A stretch of 57,580 nucleotides of DNA, filler included, from Squatina squatina (lineage: Eukaryota): NCBI GenBank assembly GCA_031763465.1. It is 3 parts of 3 records of this genome, joined end to end, with 100 filler letters (N's around TTAATTAATTAA, not from the genome) between each part and the next. Parts side by side here need not be neighbours in the genome. Positions count along the whole stretch, not along the records: positions 1 to 22,361 come from JARFOE010000235.1; 2 more parts are not named here. One strand, written 5' to 3'. Under the pieces are notes generated by a model. That model was not told where the DNA came from, did not search any database, and saw nothing but the letters and a program-made list of their open reading frames with translations. Shown piece after piece: positions 1 to 13,100 of this stretch. Each line of letters opens with the position of its first letter. Position 1 is the first letter of the stretch. Made by a program: the position numbers and the translations under genes.

Positions 1-2389
1 CATTGGTCTGAATTCTAAATCATTTAAATAGGCCTGTTTACCATCTAAGCATTCATGACACGTTATGCACAATCTTCCTATTCCATTTGCTAACTCAGTG
101 GAGTCTCCTCAACGCGTCTGTGCTTGCCCCCTCCAGTCTTTTTTTTAACCTTATCCCTGAAGTCAGTGGCTCATGTTCGAGTATAGTTGCTACCCCTGTT
201 GTGGTATTCAGCTGAAGGAAGGATGGCTTTGTTAGAGGATGAAATATTATTTTCCAGCCAACAGAAGAAGACATCTAGAGATTTTCTGTAATTATTTCTT
301 GAAGTAAAGTTTTAAAAAAACTGTAATTACTCCTGACAGCTCCCATCATCCACACTATGAGCATTTCCATAATTACTGTCCATGTCTATCGTTTTTGATC
401 CATCAGAAGTCACACTTCAGTGTGCTACAGGTGACCTGGCTGATATAAACAAGTAAAAATGTTAATCCAGGCTGGGATTAAAGCTCCTTTTAGCGTTTCC
501 TTTCCCGAAATAAAATGTTCTTATACTCTTGAAAACATGTACTGGGCCATTGAATTCATGATGCTCGTCCATTGAAAACATAATTCATTATAATAATATA
601 GAATGAAATTTTAACATGGATTCTCTAACTGAGATTTCAGTGCTTTGTTAGTTTAGCTAATAATTCATAGAAATCTACAGCACAGGAGGAGGCCATTCGG
701 CCCATTGTGTCCATGCTGGCAAATTGGGTAGAATTTTTCTCAAAGACTGAGTGGGACAGGGGAATGTAAGACATCTCAGCCATTGACAAGTGTATAATAA
801 TTAGACTTGATACAGTAAAATAACAAAACCTCATAATTACTCCCAAAAGTACCCAGCCAATAGTGGCCTTTTCAAGGATTAGGCAGTTTCAAATTAGCTC
901 CTAAACAGTTTGAAGTTGTGGCCCCAATTGCAATGGCTAGAAAATTTGTGGCAAGTTGCCACTATGTTTGAGAGAAATTGTACACTTTAAAATGTTATAT
1001 CATATTTTTAACTATATATATTTGAAAAGGGATATGGTGATAGAGTGACATGAAATAAGGTGGGAGGAGGCTCGTGTAGAGCACAAGCACCGGCTTNNNN
1101 NNNNNNNNNNNNNNNNNNNNNNNNNNNNNNNNNNNNNNNNNNNNNNNNNNNNNNNNNNNNNNNNNNNNNNNNNNNNNNNNNNNNNNNNNNNNNNNNCCCG
1201 AAACGTTGACTCTGTTTTTCTCTCCACAGATGCTGCCTGACCTGCTGAGTTTTTCCAACAATTTTTGTTTGTACTTAAGACACTTGCTGGTCATAGTCTT
1301 CATATATTCTGCAGCTCATCAGAACTCTTGTCTTATTTTTCAATATTTAGATGGAGAATGTACCTTAATGGACTTGCTCCGACTATAGGAATAATTTGAG
1401 TGATCAAAATAAAATCTTTAATCAACCATGTAGTGAGGTTGACAGCACCCCCTCCCTTATTCATACATTCACAGCTTCAAAAAAAATCATAGACATGTGA
1501 TGGGTCCACTTTAAAAGTGGGATTAATAACTGAGAATATTGGTAAAACACAGAAAATGCTGGAAATACACAGGTGGTCCAACACCATTCAAAAAGAAAAG
1601 ACAAGTTAATATTTTTGGTGCAAACCCTTTGTCAGAACTGATGGGCTTGTTGTGTAGTTCTCGCATTTTCTGTTTCATTTCAGATCTTCAGCGTTTAAAG
1701 CTTTCTCTTTGTAACTTGGCCTATAAAAGGTTCTCAATTTGAGTGGTGACACTTCTTTAAAATAAATAGGAAAACCACAGACGCTGCAAGCACATAATAG
1801 GGTGAGGCATTTTGAAGAGACTGTCATTCCTCCACTACTGGTTTTGAAAGCATGCAGTACAGGCAGCCAATCAACTTGCTAGCCTTTTAGAAACACAGTC
1901 CTTTTATGTGTTTCCCACAATACTCCTGTTGGTGCCATGGGGAAGCTGTCTGGGTATTAATGTGGTTCTCAGTCAGAACCATCCTTTATCCTTACTGGAA
2001 TATATGTTAATTTTTCTTTCTCAATTCTGATTAATTTAATAGTTTGTTAATTGTAAGAATATGTTCCTCAAGCAGCCTTTTCTGGACAATACATTTTTGG
2101 AAAATGTTGTAGAAAGCAGTACATGTTCATGTAAAACTAAAGTTCTAGTGAAAACAATAGAGGTAAAACATTATTTAAATACATGCTGTGCCCAGCAGTG
2201 GTATTTATCTATATCTCACTGTTTTCTCTCTTATATTCTGTCTTTATTAATCTGCCTGATTGTCACTTGGGTTTGCCATCTTCTCCATGATTGCCATTTC
2301 TCTGTTGAGCTCTGTTTCTCATTCCTAATGTTTCATTTGTCTCATTCTTCATTCTGCATTTGTGCATACCACCAAAAACATGCACATAC

Positions 2390-2520
2390 CTTCTCTTTCT
2401 TTCCTGGCTGCTTTCTATCTATCTATCTCCATCTCCATCTCTCTCTCTCTCTTGGCTTGTCACCAGCTTAGTGTGTCTGTGTGTATCTCTCACTATGCTC
2501 TTTTTCTTCCCCTCCCCTGT
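2390..2520 (+). repeat. TC-rich polypyrimidine tract
   Basis: tctatctatctatctccatctccatctctctctctctctt leading into a strong acceptor at 2521-2522. Confidence 0.7.
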
Positions 2521-5269
2521 AGAGAGCTCCACAATTAAAAAAAAAGTAGTGGCTGTCACAAAGACACAGTGAGCATGTAATGCTTGAAAGAGCTATGATG
2601 GACACCGCCACCATATTAAACTGTAACCCATTCTGTGTCGGCAAAGAATGGATAATTAAAACACAACTTTTAAGTGTGGGCATCAGATTGTACATTACAC
2701 TTAATTAAATATCAGCACTGAAGAATTTAAAGGTACTCGTGGCACTAAGCACGCTTCCCAATTCCCAGCATGTGAATGGTGTGGGCTGGTGTCACGTTCT
2801 AACTATTAATCAGGATTAGCAATTTCTATTTCATGAGAAATGAGGCTGATCTGAGGGGTGGTGCTACACGTCAGATGACTTGATAGGAATTGCATGCATT
2901 TTAATGGCTTTTAATGAGTTCGAGATAGATGAATAATGTTATTGCCTCCAATAGTCAAGTGCTCATGATTCATTTAGTGTACCTGGGCAGGTCCCATACT
3001 GCAGTGACTTCCACTCCCCAGTTCCACGCTGCAGTGTGTGCTTGACATTATCATGCTACCCATATTCTGCAGGCAACTTATAATAAGCCATTTCTCATTT
3101 CTTCACCAAGAGAGAGAACTCTTTTAACATGACACATCCACGTGGTCTGATGACNNNNNNNNNNNNNNNNNNNNNNNNNGAGAATCCCTACATCAAAGCC
3201 CAGGCTTAAATAGTCAGCAACCAACAGCCGTTGAATTTCAAATTGTAGTAATGGATCACTTTGCTCATTGAAAGTGATGGGAAGCGGCACCATGCTGGAG
3301 AGGTGTTGAGATAACTAACGTAGCACCATTACATTCTGGGGAATGAACCGGGCAGCAGGAATCTTTGGAGGAATCATAAAAACAATTTTACTCTCCTTTC
3401 ATAAAATTAGGTAGAGAGTTGGAGGACGCTTTCTTCCAGACGGCAGCAGTGGATTTTCTGCTGTTTTTTTTGTCCATCGTGAATCTATTTCGACCTGAAT
3501 ATTAAATAGTTCACTCAGGAACAGGAAATAAGTCAAGCAAGCACGTCAATACCCAGTGAGGGGACTTTCCATTCTGCGGTGACTACTGCAGCCAGTGCTG
3601 TTCAGTTCATTCAAAAGCAGCAGGAAATAGGAGGCTCTGGGATTACATGATGTGCTGTGAAACAGAGTTTCTTTGCGATAGAAACTTGATTTTGTTGTAC
3701 CTGGGACAGATATTAAACTCAAGGTAATAAAGTGCGATTGCTGGAAATCTGAATTAAAACAGTAAACTGACAGGAGTGCACAGAAGGTTAATCAGTATCT
3801 GAGAGACAGAGAGAGGCAGATTATGATTTCAGGTGGGGGTCTGCATCAGGATTTCATCAGATGCTTTGCTAAATTTACTTCTCTAACTGCTCGCTTTTCA
3901 AAGTCAAATGGTCCATATAAAACCTGATGAAGATAGTACTAAATCTGCACTTGGAAGGTTATATACACCTCTTCTAGACCCATCTTNNNNNNNNNNNNNN
4001 NNNNNNNNNNNNNNNNNNNNNNNNNNNNNNNNNNNNNNNNNNNNNNNNNNNNNNNNNNNNNNNNNNNNNNNNNNNNNNNNNNNNNNGACAGGAGGGTGGT
4101 TGAGAGCCTGACTCCTGGTCACTGTATCAGAATCCCGATCATCTGTATAATTTCTTTATTGTTTCTTGTTGGCTGTAATGAATGATTTTATATAAAAAAA
4201 AGAAAAAAAATCAAGCAACTTTCTTTCATACGGTTTGTACGACACGTTGATGCCCAGCTGGAAGTTCTTATTTTCAGTATATACTATAATACAACCAATT
4301 CCGTATATTTAGCGAAAAAAGGCCAACTGAGATTTTTTTTAAAAATAGAAGTTTGTGACTTGAGTACCTTGGCTTTATAAATTCATATTTTTCATTACAT
4401 AAATAAAGACCATTTTGGAAGTGCTTTTTTTTCAAATTGTGGGGAAAAAATGGATTTAAGAATGCTGTGTAAAGATTTCTTGCATATAACGATACATTCC
4501 CAAATGTCATACTGAAATTGTAAGTTAAAAGCAGCAAATTATCTTCGAATGCATCTGCTTTGTGACTCTATCAATTAGCCAGATAAAATTTTAACTTTTT
4601 CCGTTCAGACTTTTAGGGAGGAAAACAAGCACAAACACTGCACCATGCATAGTGGTGTTTTAAAAATGTAGTACAACAGCAGTAACCATACCACAGTACT
4701 GCCTTTGTATTGAATGAAAACACCCTTGTGAAAAACAGAGTGACTGTGCTTGCATCATTGTTCATCATGCTGTTCCCTGTTGGTTTAACCCTTTCAACCG
4801 CTTAAACCTATTTGTCTATTGGAGCAAAATGCTTCTGGGACACTGAAAACTTACAATTAACTTTGCACGGGTATCTTTTTCTCCTTTGTGAAATTAACTT
4901 GTGTAATAGACACAAAAAAGCTGTGCAGTTCAACAAATACTTCAAGACAAACTGCACAACGGACAGATTTGTACTACCACACTAAGCTTTTCAGTGAAAT
5001 AAGTCAGTGAAGGGGTTACGTAGAGATTACTTTTAGAAGAAAGTGGTAGGAAACAATTCAGATTTATTTGGTCTTGTTCATACTAGATACCAATCGATCT
5101 AGTTTAATTTCAGGAGAGGGTTTCTTTTAAGTGAATACATCACAATTTACTTGCAAACATTCACTGCTTCTTCATTTGCTGTAGTGTAATTGTCATAGTA
5201 GTTGCAACTTAAAAAAACACAAATTGAATTATTTTTATGTACTTCAATGAATTTTTTACTGTTTTAGTT

Positions 5270-5462
5270 ACAGGGGCGAGTAGCATAGATGCCTTTAAGG
5301 GGAAGCTGGTTAAACATGAGGGAGAAAGGAATAGAAGGATGTACTGATAGGGTGAGGTGAAGAGGGTGGGAGGAGGCTCATGTGGAACATAAACACTGGC
5401 ACAGACCTGTTGGGCCGAATGGCCTGTTACGGAGCTGTAAACTCTTCCTAATTCTATGTAAC
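5270..5462 (+). mobile_element. CR1 3' tail fragment
   Basis: gggtgggaggaggctcatgtggaacataaacactggcacagacctgttgggccgaatggcctgtt...attctatgta; related pieces at 1030-1096, 665-720, 22985-23300. Confidence 0.7.
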
Positions 5463-6814
5463 ATAAACCGTGGTCTGAATAATCTTTAAAATAATTCCCN
5501 NNNNNNNNNNNNNNNNNNNNNNNNGTGCCATCAGAAGAATTGTAATCATTTGCATAAACATGCTGAAGAGTCTAGTTTACCCCAAGTAACCAACGGATAT
5601 AATGTTGAAAGAGCAGTTTTAATTAAAAATAATTGTTGAAAAATCCTTTTAGTCATTTTATCTAAACCGTTAAGTGACCCAGTTTTTATTTGTGTTTCCT
5701 TTTTGCTCATGGAATCCCCAAAAAATTCTTACACAGTTCTTAAGAAGATATGAATGAGGGTTGTTCAACTTTGTACATAATCTTATGTTAAGATGCTGAA
5801 TAAAAACATGTTGAGAAAATAAGCGACAAGAACACTTATTGAGAAAATGGCACTTTTGTTTGTGTTTAACACCCTCGCAATGAAAGTTTTCAGTAATAAA
5901 AGACTGTTAGGTGGTAACTAGTAATAAGTAGTGAGTTAGAGCTCTTTCCTTTCACATCAAGGGCCCAAGTTCAAATTCAGCCCAAACTGATGCGGTCAAA
6001 ACCTTCATCGATTAGTTGACGGTTCAAAATGAAATGAGTTTAGAACATTCCCAACCTAGTTTGCTAATGAGTATTGCATCCACAGCACAATACCTTCCAT
6101 AATATGGAAATATATTGACCAAAATCATACAAGTGGCTGGTATACACCCCTATCACAACATACAAATCCCTATCTCTATAACCTCCAGCCATACAACCCT
6201 CCAAGATCTCCACTCCTCCAATTCTGGCCTCTTGCGCATCCCTGATTTTAATCANNNNNNNNNNNNNNNNNNNNNNNNNNNNNNNNNNNNNNNNNNNNNN
6301 NNNNNNNNNNNNNNNNNNNNNNNNNNNNNNNNNNNNNNNNNNNNNNNNNNNNNNCAATCTGTTGCAAAGTCCTTGAGACAGCAATGATGTCCTGCACTCG
6401 GCACTCCTTTCTTCTTTCAGAGGTCATCTACATCAATCAACTTGAGGCCCATGGAATGTCACGGTAGCGTAGTACCTCCAGGGCCAGCAGGGCCTTTCAG
6501 CGCTTAGCGCCTAAAGTGATTTGTGCCCCCCGATCTCGCCTCCTGGGAAAAAATGGGGAATTTTGTAACGTCATAGCGCCTCCAAATCGAGGCGCTACTG
6601 AGGTGCTAACTTTTGCCTTAACACCCCTGCAGAGGCGTCAGCCAATTTCACCTCCTTGGTTTAATAAGGGGTCGATTAGTTACCCATGTTATAAATATGT
6701 GCTGTTAGACTGAAAATGTACTTTGAAGTAAAATTCACTGAATTTTGTTGTATTGTTTATTTTGTAAAATATATTAATGTGCTAGAAAACTTTTCCATCG
6801 TATGTGTCTTTTTA

Positions 6815-7135
6815 TTTATTTATTCATTCACGGGATGTAGGCATTGCTGGCCAGGCCAGCATTTATTGCCCATCCCTAATCGCCCTTGAGAAGGTGGTGG
6901 CGAGCCGCCTTTTTGAACTGCATATAGGCCAGACCGGGTAAGGACGACAGATTTCCTTTCCTAAAAGACATTAGTGAACCAGTTGGGTTTTTCTGACAAT
7001 CCGGTAGTTTCATGGTACTAGTTTTTTTAATTCCATATTTATTTAATTAACTGAATTTAAATTCCCCCAGCTGCTGTGGTGGGATTTGAATTGGATTACG
7101 AGTCCAGTAACGTAACCACTATGCTCCTGTACCGT
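6815..7135 (-). mobile_element. tRNA-headed SINE with LINE-derived tail
   Basis: Reverse tRNA-like head agcatagtggttacgttactggactcgtaatcc; related heads at 14240-14312, 15752-15846, 28910-28965; tail piece at 31335-31382. Confidence 0.65.
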
Positions 7136-10100
7136 CTAGCATCAGCTACACGTACTCCCATACCACCTATAACATGGGTTATATATTGAGTATGGCTGTC
7201 TCTACTGTCTCCCAGTAATGTGCCTAATGACTAAGTTTAGAAGATCACCCACCACTACACAGTTTAGACCCAATTATTACCAAATTATGATTAATTTTCT
7301 GGTGTAGACATGCAACCATTAGAAACCAAATTGAAACCGTTCAAAATTTATTACGCGTTGGTGCAGAGAGAGGAAACTTTAATTCCTTAAGTCTGGATTG
7401 AATTCAAACCTAGGATCCCAGAGGTGAAAGGACAGAGTTCTAACTGTGTGATACCACAGAGCCCCTGATGACTGTACAAGCCAAGACAAATATAAGAGTC
7501 AGAATAAGCTACACTTTTGTATCATAGGATAATGATAAAATTTATGGTAATTAACATTTACTAAATCACACAGAAAAATAATCAAATTCACAGAATCATA
7601 CCCATCTGAAGACAGAATGTCTGTGTCAATAGAAGCAGACATACTCATGCAGCCACACCAGTTCCTTGATTCAATTAACAGAGTCAAAATCGTAATTGAA
7701 TCATTAATGGGTTAAGGAGCAGATCGCAGATAACACAGTCTCGCAAATGTTGTGATTTACATAGGAAACTTCTACTGAAATAGGGAACATCAAAGTTCTG
7801 ATTAAAGGCATTTGGTATCAGCGTACTTATTCTTGCATTCCCTTGATACCATTAGTCAACATGAATCTGTTTATTCTGCTTAATCTATAGAAGACACTGT
7901 CTTAACTTTCATCTCCATCATGGTTTTTATGTAAGAAAAAACAATTTTTAAATTATTTGCAACAACAAAGTTCTGATTGGTCCCCTTGGAGGGCAACAGC
8001 AGGTTTCTGATTGGTCCCCATGGAGAACGGGACACAGCCAACAGTTTGTCTGGAATGTGTAATTAGATCCTGCCNNNNNNNNNNNNNNNNNNNNNNNNNN
8101 NNNNNNNNNNNNNNNNNNNNNNNNNNNNNNNNNNNNNNNNNNNNNNNNNNNNNNNNNNNNNNNNNNNNNNNNNNCCATTTCATGCCAAATTTTTATACTC
8201 TTATCTGTGTTTCTTGGATGAAAGTCCAGATTGTTGTAACTGTCATGTAGCACATGATCACACCTGCACTTAAAACAAGGTAGGGCTGTCACTTAAACTG
8301 TTAATATTGTGAGAAAAGGAATGCGCACATAAGCATGAAATGAAAAACGTTCATAGCTAAAGATGTCAACGGGGTGAATAGAGGAACAGGTGATAGATAG
8401 ATAAAACATGTTTTCAATTTATTTTGAACAATACACTTAGCGTATTTATTTAGGAGTAATTAACCATGCAACATCTGATCAGACCTATGATTTTTAATTA
8501 CATTCACCACATTTGGTATTAGAATAAATATTTCTCAAAAGAATAAACACTTCTCAAAGTGAACCTTCTTGCAGTTCTTCTGTGGTAAGAAACATATGGC
8601 TAATCACCCATTGTTGTGTCCCTAGGAAACCTTTCTAGCTCAAAAATAAAATAGGGAAGGTGGCTCAACTGTGGCTAACAAGGGANNNNNNNNNNNNNNN
8701 NNNNNNNNNNNNNNNNNNNNNNNNNNNNNNNNNNNNNNNNNNNNNNNNNNNNNNNNNNNNNNNNNNNNNNNNNNNNNNNNNNNNNCCCCTGAGAAACCTT
8801 TCGAGCTCAAAAATAAACTTCACGACCCTTTGTTCTGATGAAACAGCTGCTTTGAGTAGAGATTGTTTTAAGTAAAATCAAGTTAAATGATCTGTTAAAA
8901 GAGGCTCCTTGGAACTTTGTCACTGAATTGATTGGGAAAATCTGTTTTCCCATGCCAAAGGCCGTCATCTGTCAGTAAAGCGTATCAGAATTCATGGATC
9001 TCATGTACACAAATATACAAGAAATGATGAATTTCCTCTCCTCTGAACAAGGGAGGTAATTGGATTCAGATTGAAGCATTCAGAATGTATAGGTTGTGAC
9101 TGGAAGAATCCCTGGGCCATTTTGGTTTCTGTCATATGCGCAGTTTTAGGATGTAATATTGACTGAGAGAGCGTATGTTTATTTTTTTTTGTTCCTGGAG
9201 ATTAGAGATAGCTGTTGTGGAAAGTGAGGGCTAGAAATTCGGAGTATTAACGCCTCCTGTTAGCGCCCCCTCCCCCCGGCAGGTGCTAAAGGGGTGCAAA
9301 TGCCTTACTGCCCGGGTGCAATGCTGATAATGTCTCCTGCAATATTGGGTGGGAGCTTAGCGGCGGCGCTATGGCATTATGCCCTGATCTCCTGCGCCCG
9401 GAGATCGTGATGTCATCGGCACGCACATCGCCCTGTTAAGTGCCTCGGTCCCGAAATTCACTTTTGCCCCCTGCAGCAGCGCCGGGCGAAAGCACTGACA
9501 GTGGCAGGNNNNNNNNNNNNNNNNNNNNNNNNNNNNNNNNNNNNNNNNNNNNNNNNNNNNNNNNNNNNNNNNNNNNNNNNNNNNNNNNNNNNNNNNNNNN
9601 NNNNNNNNAGTGGACTTGGGGCAATGGAAAGGTTTGAAATAAAGAGTGGTGAGCAGCTGGTACATGCCTTGTCAGCCGTTATTTGGTCTAGCAGTCAACC
9701 TGACGATGTGCTTGAGCAAAGAGCAAGAGAACAGTGGACTCAGATATTACAGTCTGTATCATATTGACAATTAAAGTATGCAAGACATTGATGTCAGTAA
9801 ACAATGTGGAACAAAGATCTTAAGCCTTATCACTACACTCAAATGGAAAAAGCGTAATAAAAGACATTTTTTCAGCAATTCCAAGAATACCCTGAATTAA
9901 TAAACATTCTTTGGTTCGATACGCTTCTCTCATTAGACTTTGTAGATCAGAATGTTAAAAATCCACATGTGAAAGCAAAGAGGTTTATATTTTGAAAGCT
10001 GTCTGTGCCTTTCAGTCCTCAAAAGGATTATCAACATGACAAATCTCGGCCTCCCATACTCGGGTTATTATAATCCAAGTTATTATTTTAAGAATTTCAT

Positions 10101-13100
10101 GTTACAAGATTCCACATAGACCCAGGGATTTGATTAAGTGTGACGGGCATATGACACGCAAATAATCCTTAATGCACTCATTATGGGATTGCCTACATTT
10201 CAAATTATTTTGGTCTACTGACTAATGATATATCTCACTGCCACATGCTGTGAACGTTCAATATTGTGCCTGCTTTGTGAATGTGATAGATATTTGATTC
10301 CTGTCCAAAAGCGCCCCAATTATAGACAGCACTTGCTGTAATTAAAAACATATTTTCAAAGCATTAAAAATCTAATATTGCCTACTGTAATTTTTGTTGC
10401 ATTATTAAGCTACAGTATGAAAAAAGTACTTTGCCATAACCTAATATAATAAAATGAAATATTAAAGGAGAAATTGACTACTTTATATTTTATAGTAATA
10501 TTTAATTAATATATTCAGTATCACTTCATCCTCATACGAGATCAGTGTGGATGTGATGTTTGAACAATCTACTATTAATTTTTCAGTAATAGCATGATGC
10601 AGGGATTTCACAGTTTATGAAGCAGACAATACAATGAGAAAAATGCACAGCTTCAAAGAACAATTATAAAAAAGTACTTGTTATAATTGGGGCACAACCT
10701 ATTCCCCCATGAGGAGACCATCTCCACACACAGTTCCTCATCTTTGTAAGTCGGTGCCAGCAGAGGTCAGGTGCTTTCCCGCAGGTTGGGTTGAGAAACT
10801 GGAGCAAGTGCGACCCCAGGTCACTCTCTTGTGTTTGGTAACAGAGCACCATTGGGGGAGGCCAGAGAGTAAGTTACTCACTCGCCTACTTTTAGGCTGA
10901 GACCAGTGCATTGCAAGGGGAGACTTAGGGGTCCTCAGTGGTCTCATTGAAATCGTGAAAAATCGGCGCAAACATGGCGCTAAGGACTTTGCGCCCACTG
11001 GCAGCACTACTGCCACCAGTTGCAGGTTTTTTTTGGCTCCNNNNNNNNNNNNNNNNNNNNNNNNNNNNNNNNNNNNNNNNNNNNNNNNNNNNNNNNNNNN
11101 NNNNNNNNNNNNNNNNNNNNNNNNNNNNNNNNNNNNNNNNCCCACAAAAAATTGATGCCTTTGCAAGTTTCAGGATGCCATTATCTCAAAACATTTGGTT
11201 CAGTGTATAATTTACCTTGTGAATTAAATTACAGTTTTCCTGTTAACTGCCGTACCTTAATTATGTTTCCTTAGATTAAAGAATCTGCCATTTAGTTTCA
11301 CAAAACTGCATGAGCTAACAGCGATGTGGTTGTCTGAAAACCAGGTGAGTCAGTGCATCGTATTTTTAAAATACACCCCTGGAAAATTAGAGCAGTACTG
11401 TAATCGTAAGACGCTTTATCATTTGCTAAGCTTTTTCGTATAAAACATCAATAGCCGCTAATGGGTAGACAATATGAGACATATTTCTGGTATGAACAGC
11501 AATGTTGAGCTGTTCTCAAGACAGACACCAGCCTTTTGATTCAGTACAGACTTGGTACTGTACCTCGGAATCACAGACTGGAAAAGGATGTTGTGCTTTT
11601 GATTTTTTTTTTGAAGCTGCTGGTGCAGACTAACTAAAATCAAAAGGAATCCTGTGCCATTAATATTCAAGGGTAAACTATGCCATATGTACGTTCAGCA
11701 AATGAAACAAGCCTGACCTCAACATGGCTGAAGCAATTATTGGGTCAGCCCATGTATTTTTTTCATTTGCTTTCGGATACATTTGGCATGTTTTCATCTG
11801 CTTTCTTTCAAAATCTTCCTGAATTCATTAAAGTATACAGATGTTGAATGATTTTTATAAAGTCAATAAAGGTTGAGACATTAGCAGATCAATCATTTTA
11901 ATTAACTACATCTGACATAAGTTCTCCTGGAATATTTTTACCGATGATGCATTTCCTGTGAATTTAACCCCGTTAGCATATTTTTAAAGCATGCATTTTC
12001 CTACAATATAACACTGACGTTTCTAACTCTGTAAACACTGGTATTAGTTTTCCTGGTCAAAGTTACAGCATGAAAGGCAGTACTGAATTTCAATTGATAT
12101 TGCTAAAGGCTTTCAGTTGTTCCGTCAACTAAAAACCTCTCTAGTATTTGCAGCATCCAAAGTTATGTTACCTTTTCCTTGCCTTGAAGTTGATTGCCCC
12201 TTCCTTAAAGTGAAATATGCCCCCTTTTCCCACAAAACTGGAGTTATTACTTGAAATCGACAGACGAGACCAAAATATATTGTAAATTCATCACATTTTG
12301 CATACAAACTTTCCTACCGAAAGATATTTCAAGTTAAAGTTGATAAGCGTTCCACACTTTCAATGACCGGTACTTGCAAGCTGCTTGCAAGTACTTTTGG
12401 ATCTTATCAAACTGCGGGCTTTTCCCGTCTTGTTTTCTTACGCAATGTAGTGGAAAATGTATTTTGCGTTCTGCTTGTGATTATATGCCCGCTGATCCTC
12501 TACATCTAATGGCCATTGAATGAAAAGGTAGCACAATTAGCAGTTCATCGGTGCGCTTTTATGGCGGCCTTTTTAGTGATTGCGACCCTCAATTTTGGAA
12601 AACAATGTCATAATGTTTCATTTATTTTCGACATAGGGAGTTTTGGCTTTTGCATAGTTTTGCCTTCGCATGTATATAATGCAATGCCTTAGCTTATCAA
12701 TACAAAAACACGTTTTCCCAAAACAATCTACGAAATTCGGAATAGTGGCAATGCAATCGGAAGTTCATTAATGCANNNNNNNNNNNNNNNNNNNNNNNNN
12801 NNNNNNNNNNNNNNNNNNNNNNNNNNNNNNNNNNNNNNNNNNNNNNNNNNNNNNNNNNNNNNNNNNNNNNNNNNNTCACTTCAACATTATGTGAAATTCA
12901 TTAATAGTGGACGAGGTTAGTTCTTTTTTTCTTCTTTTTTTAAAACAGCTAAAGAATTTTTACAAAATTGTGCATTTTCTTTATTATATACAGAACCCTT
13001 GTCCCATTCAGTTGCAAGGGAATAGCAAGGACATCATTTTCCTTTCTGTTTAAAACAGCTGCCTGCCAAGTGAATACATCGCCTTCATTTTCATTGTTCC

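Noticed and set aside
3904-3960. Candidate exon (MVHIKPDEDSTKSALG)
   Set aside because: Weak splice sites, no recognisable protein similarity
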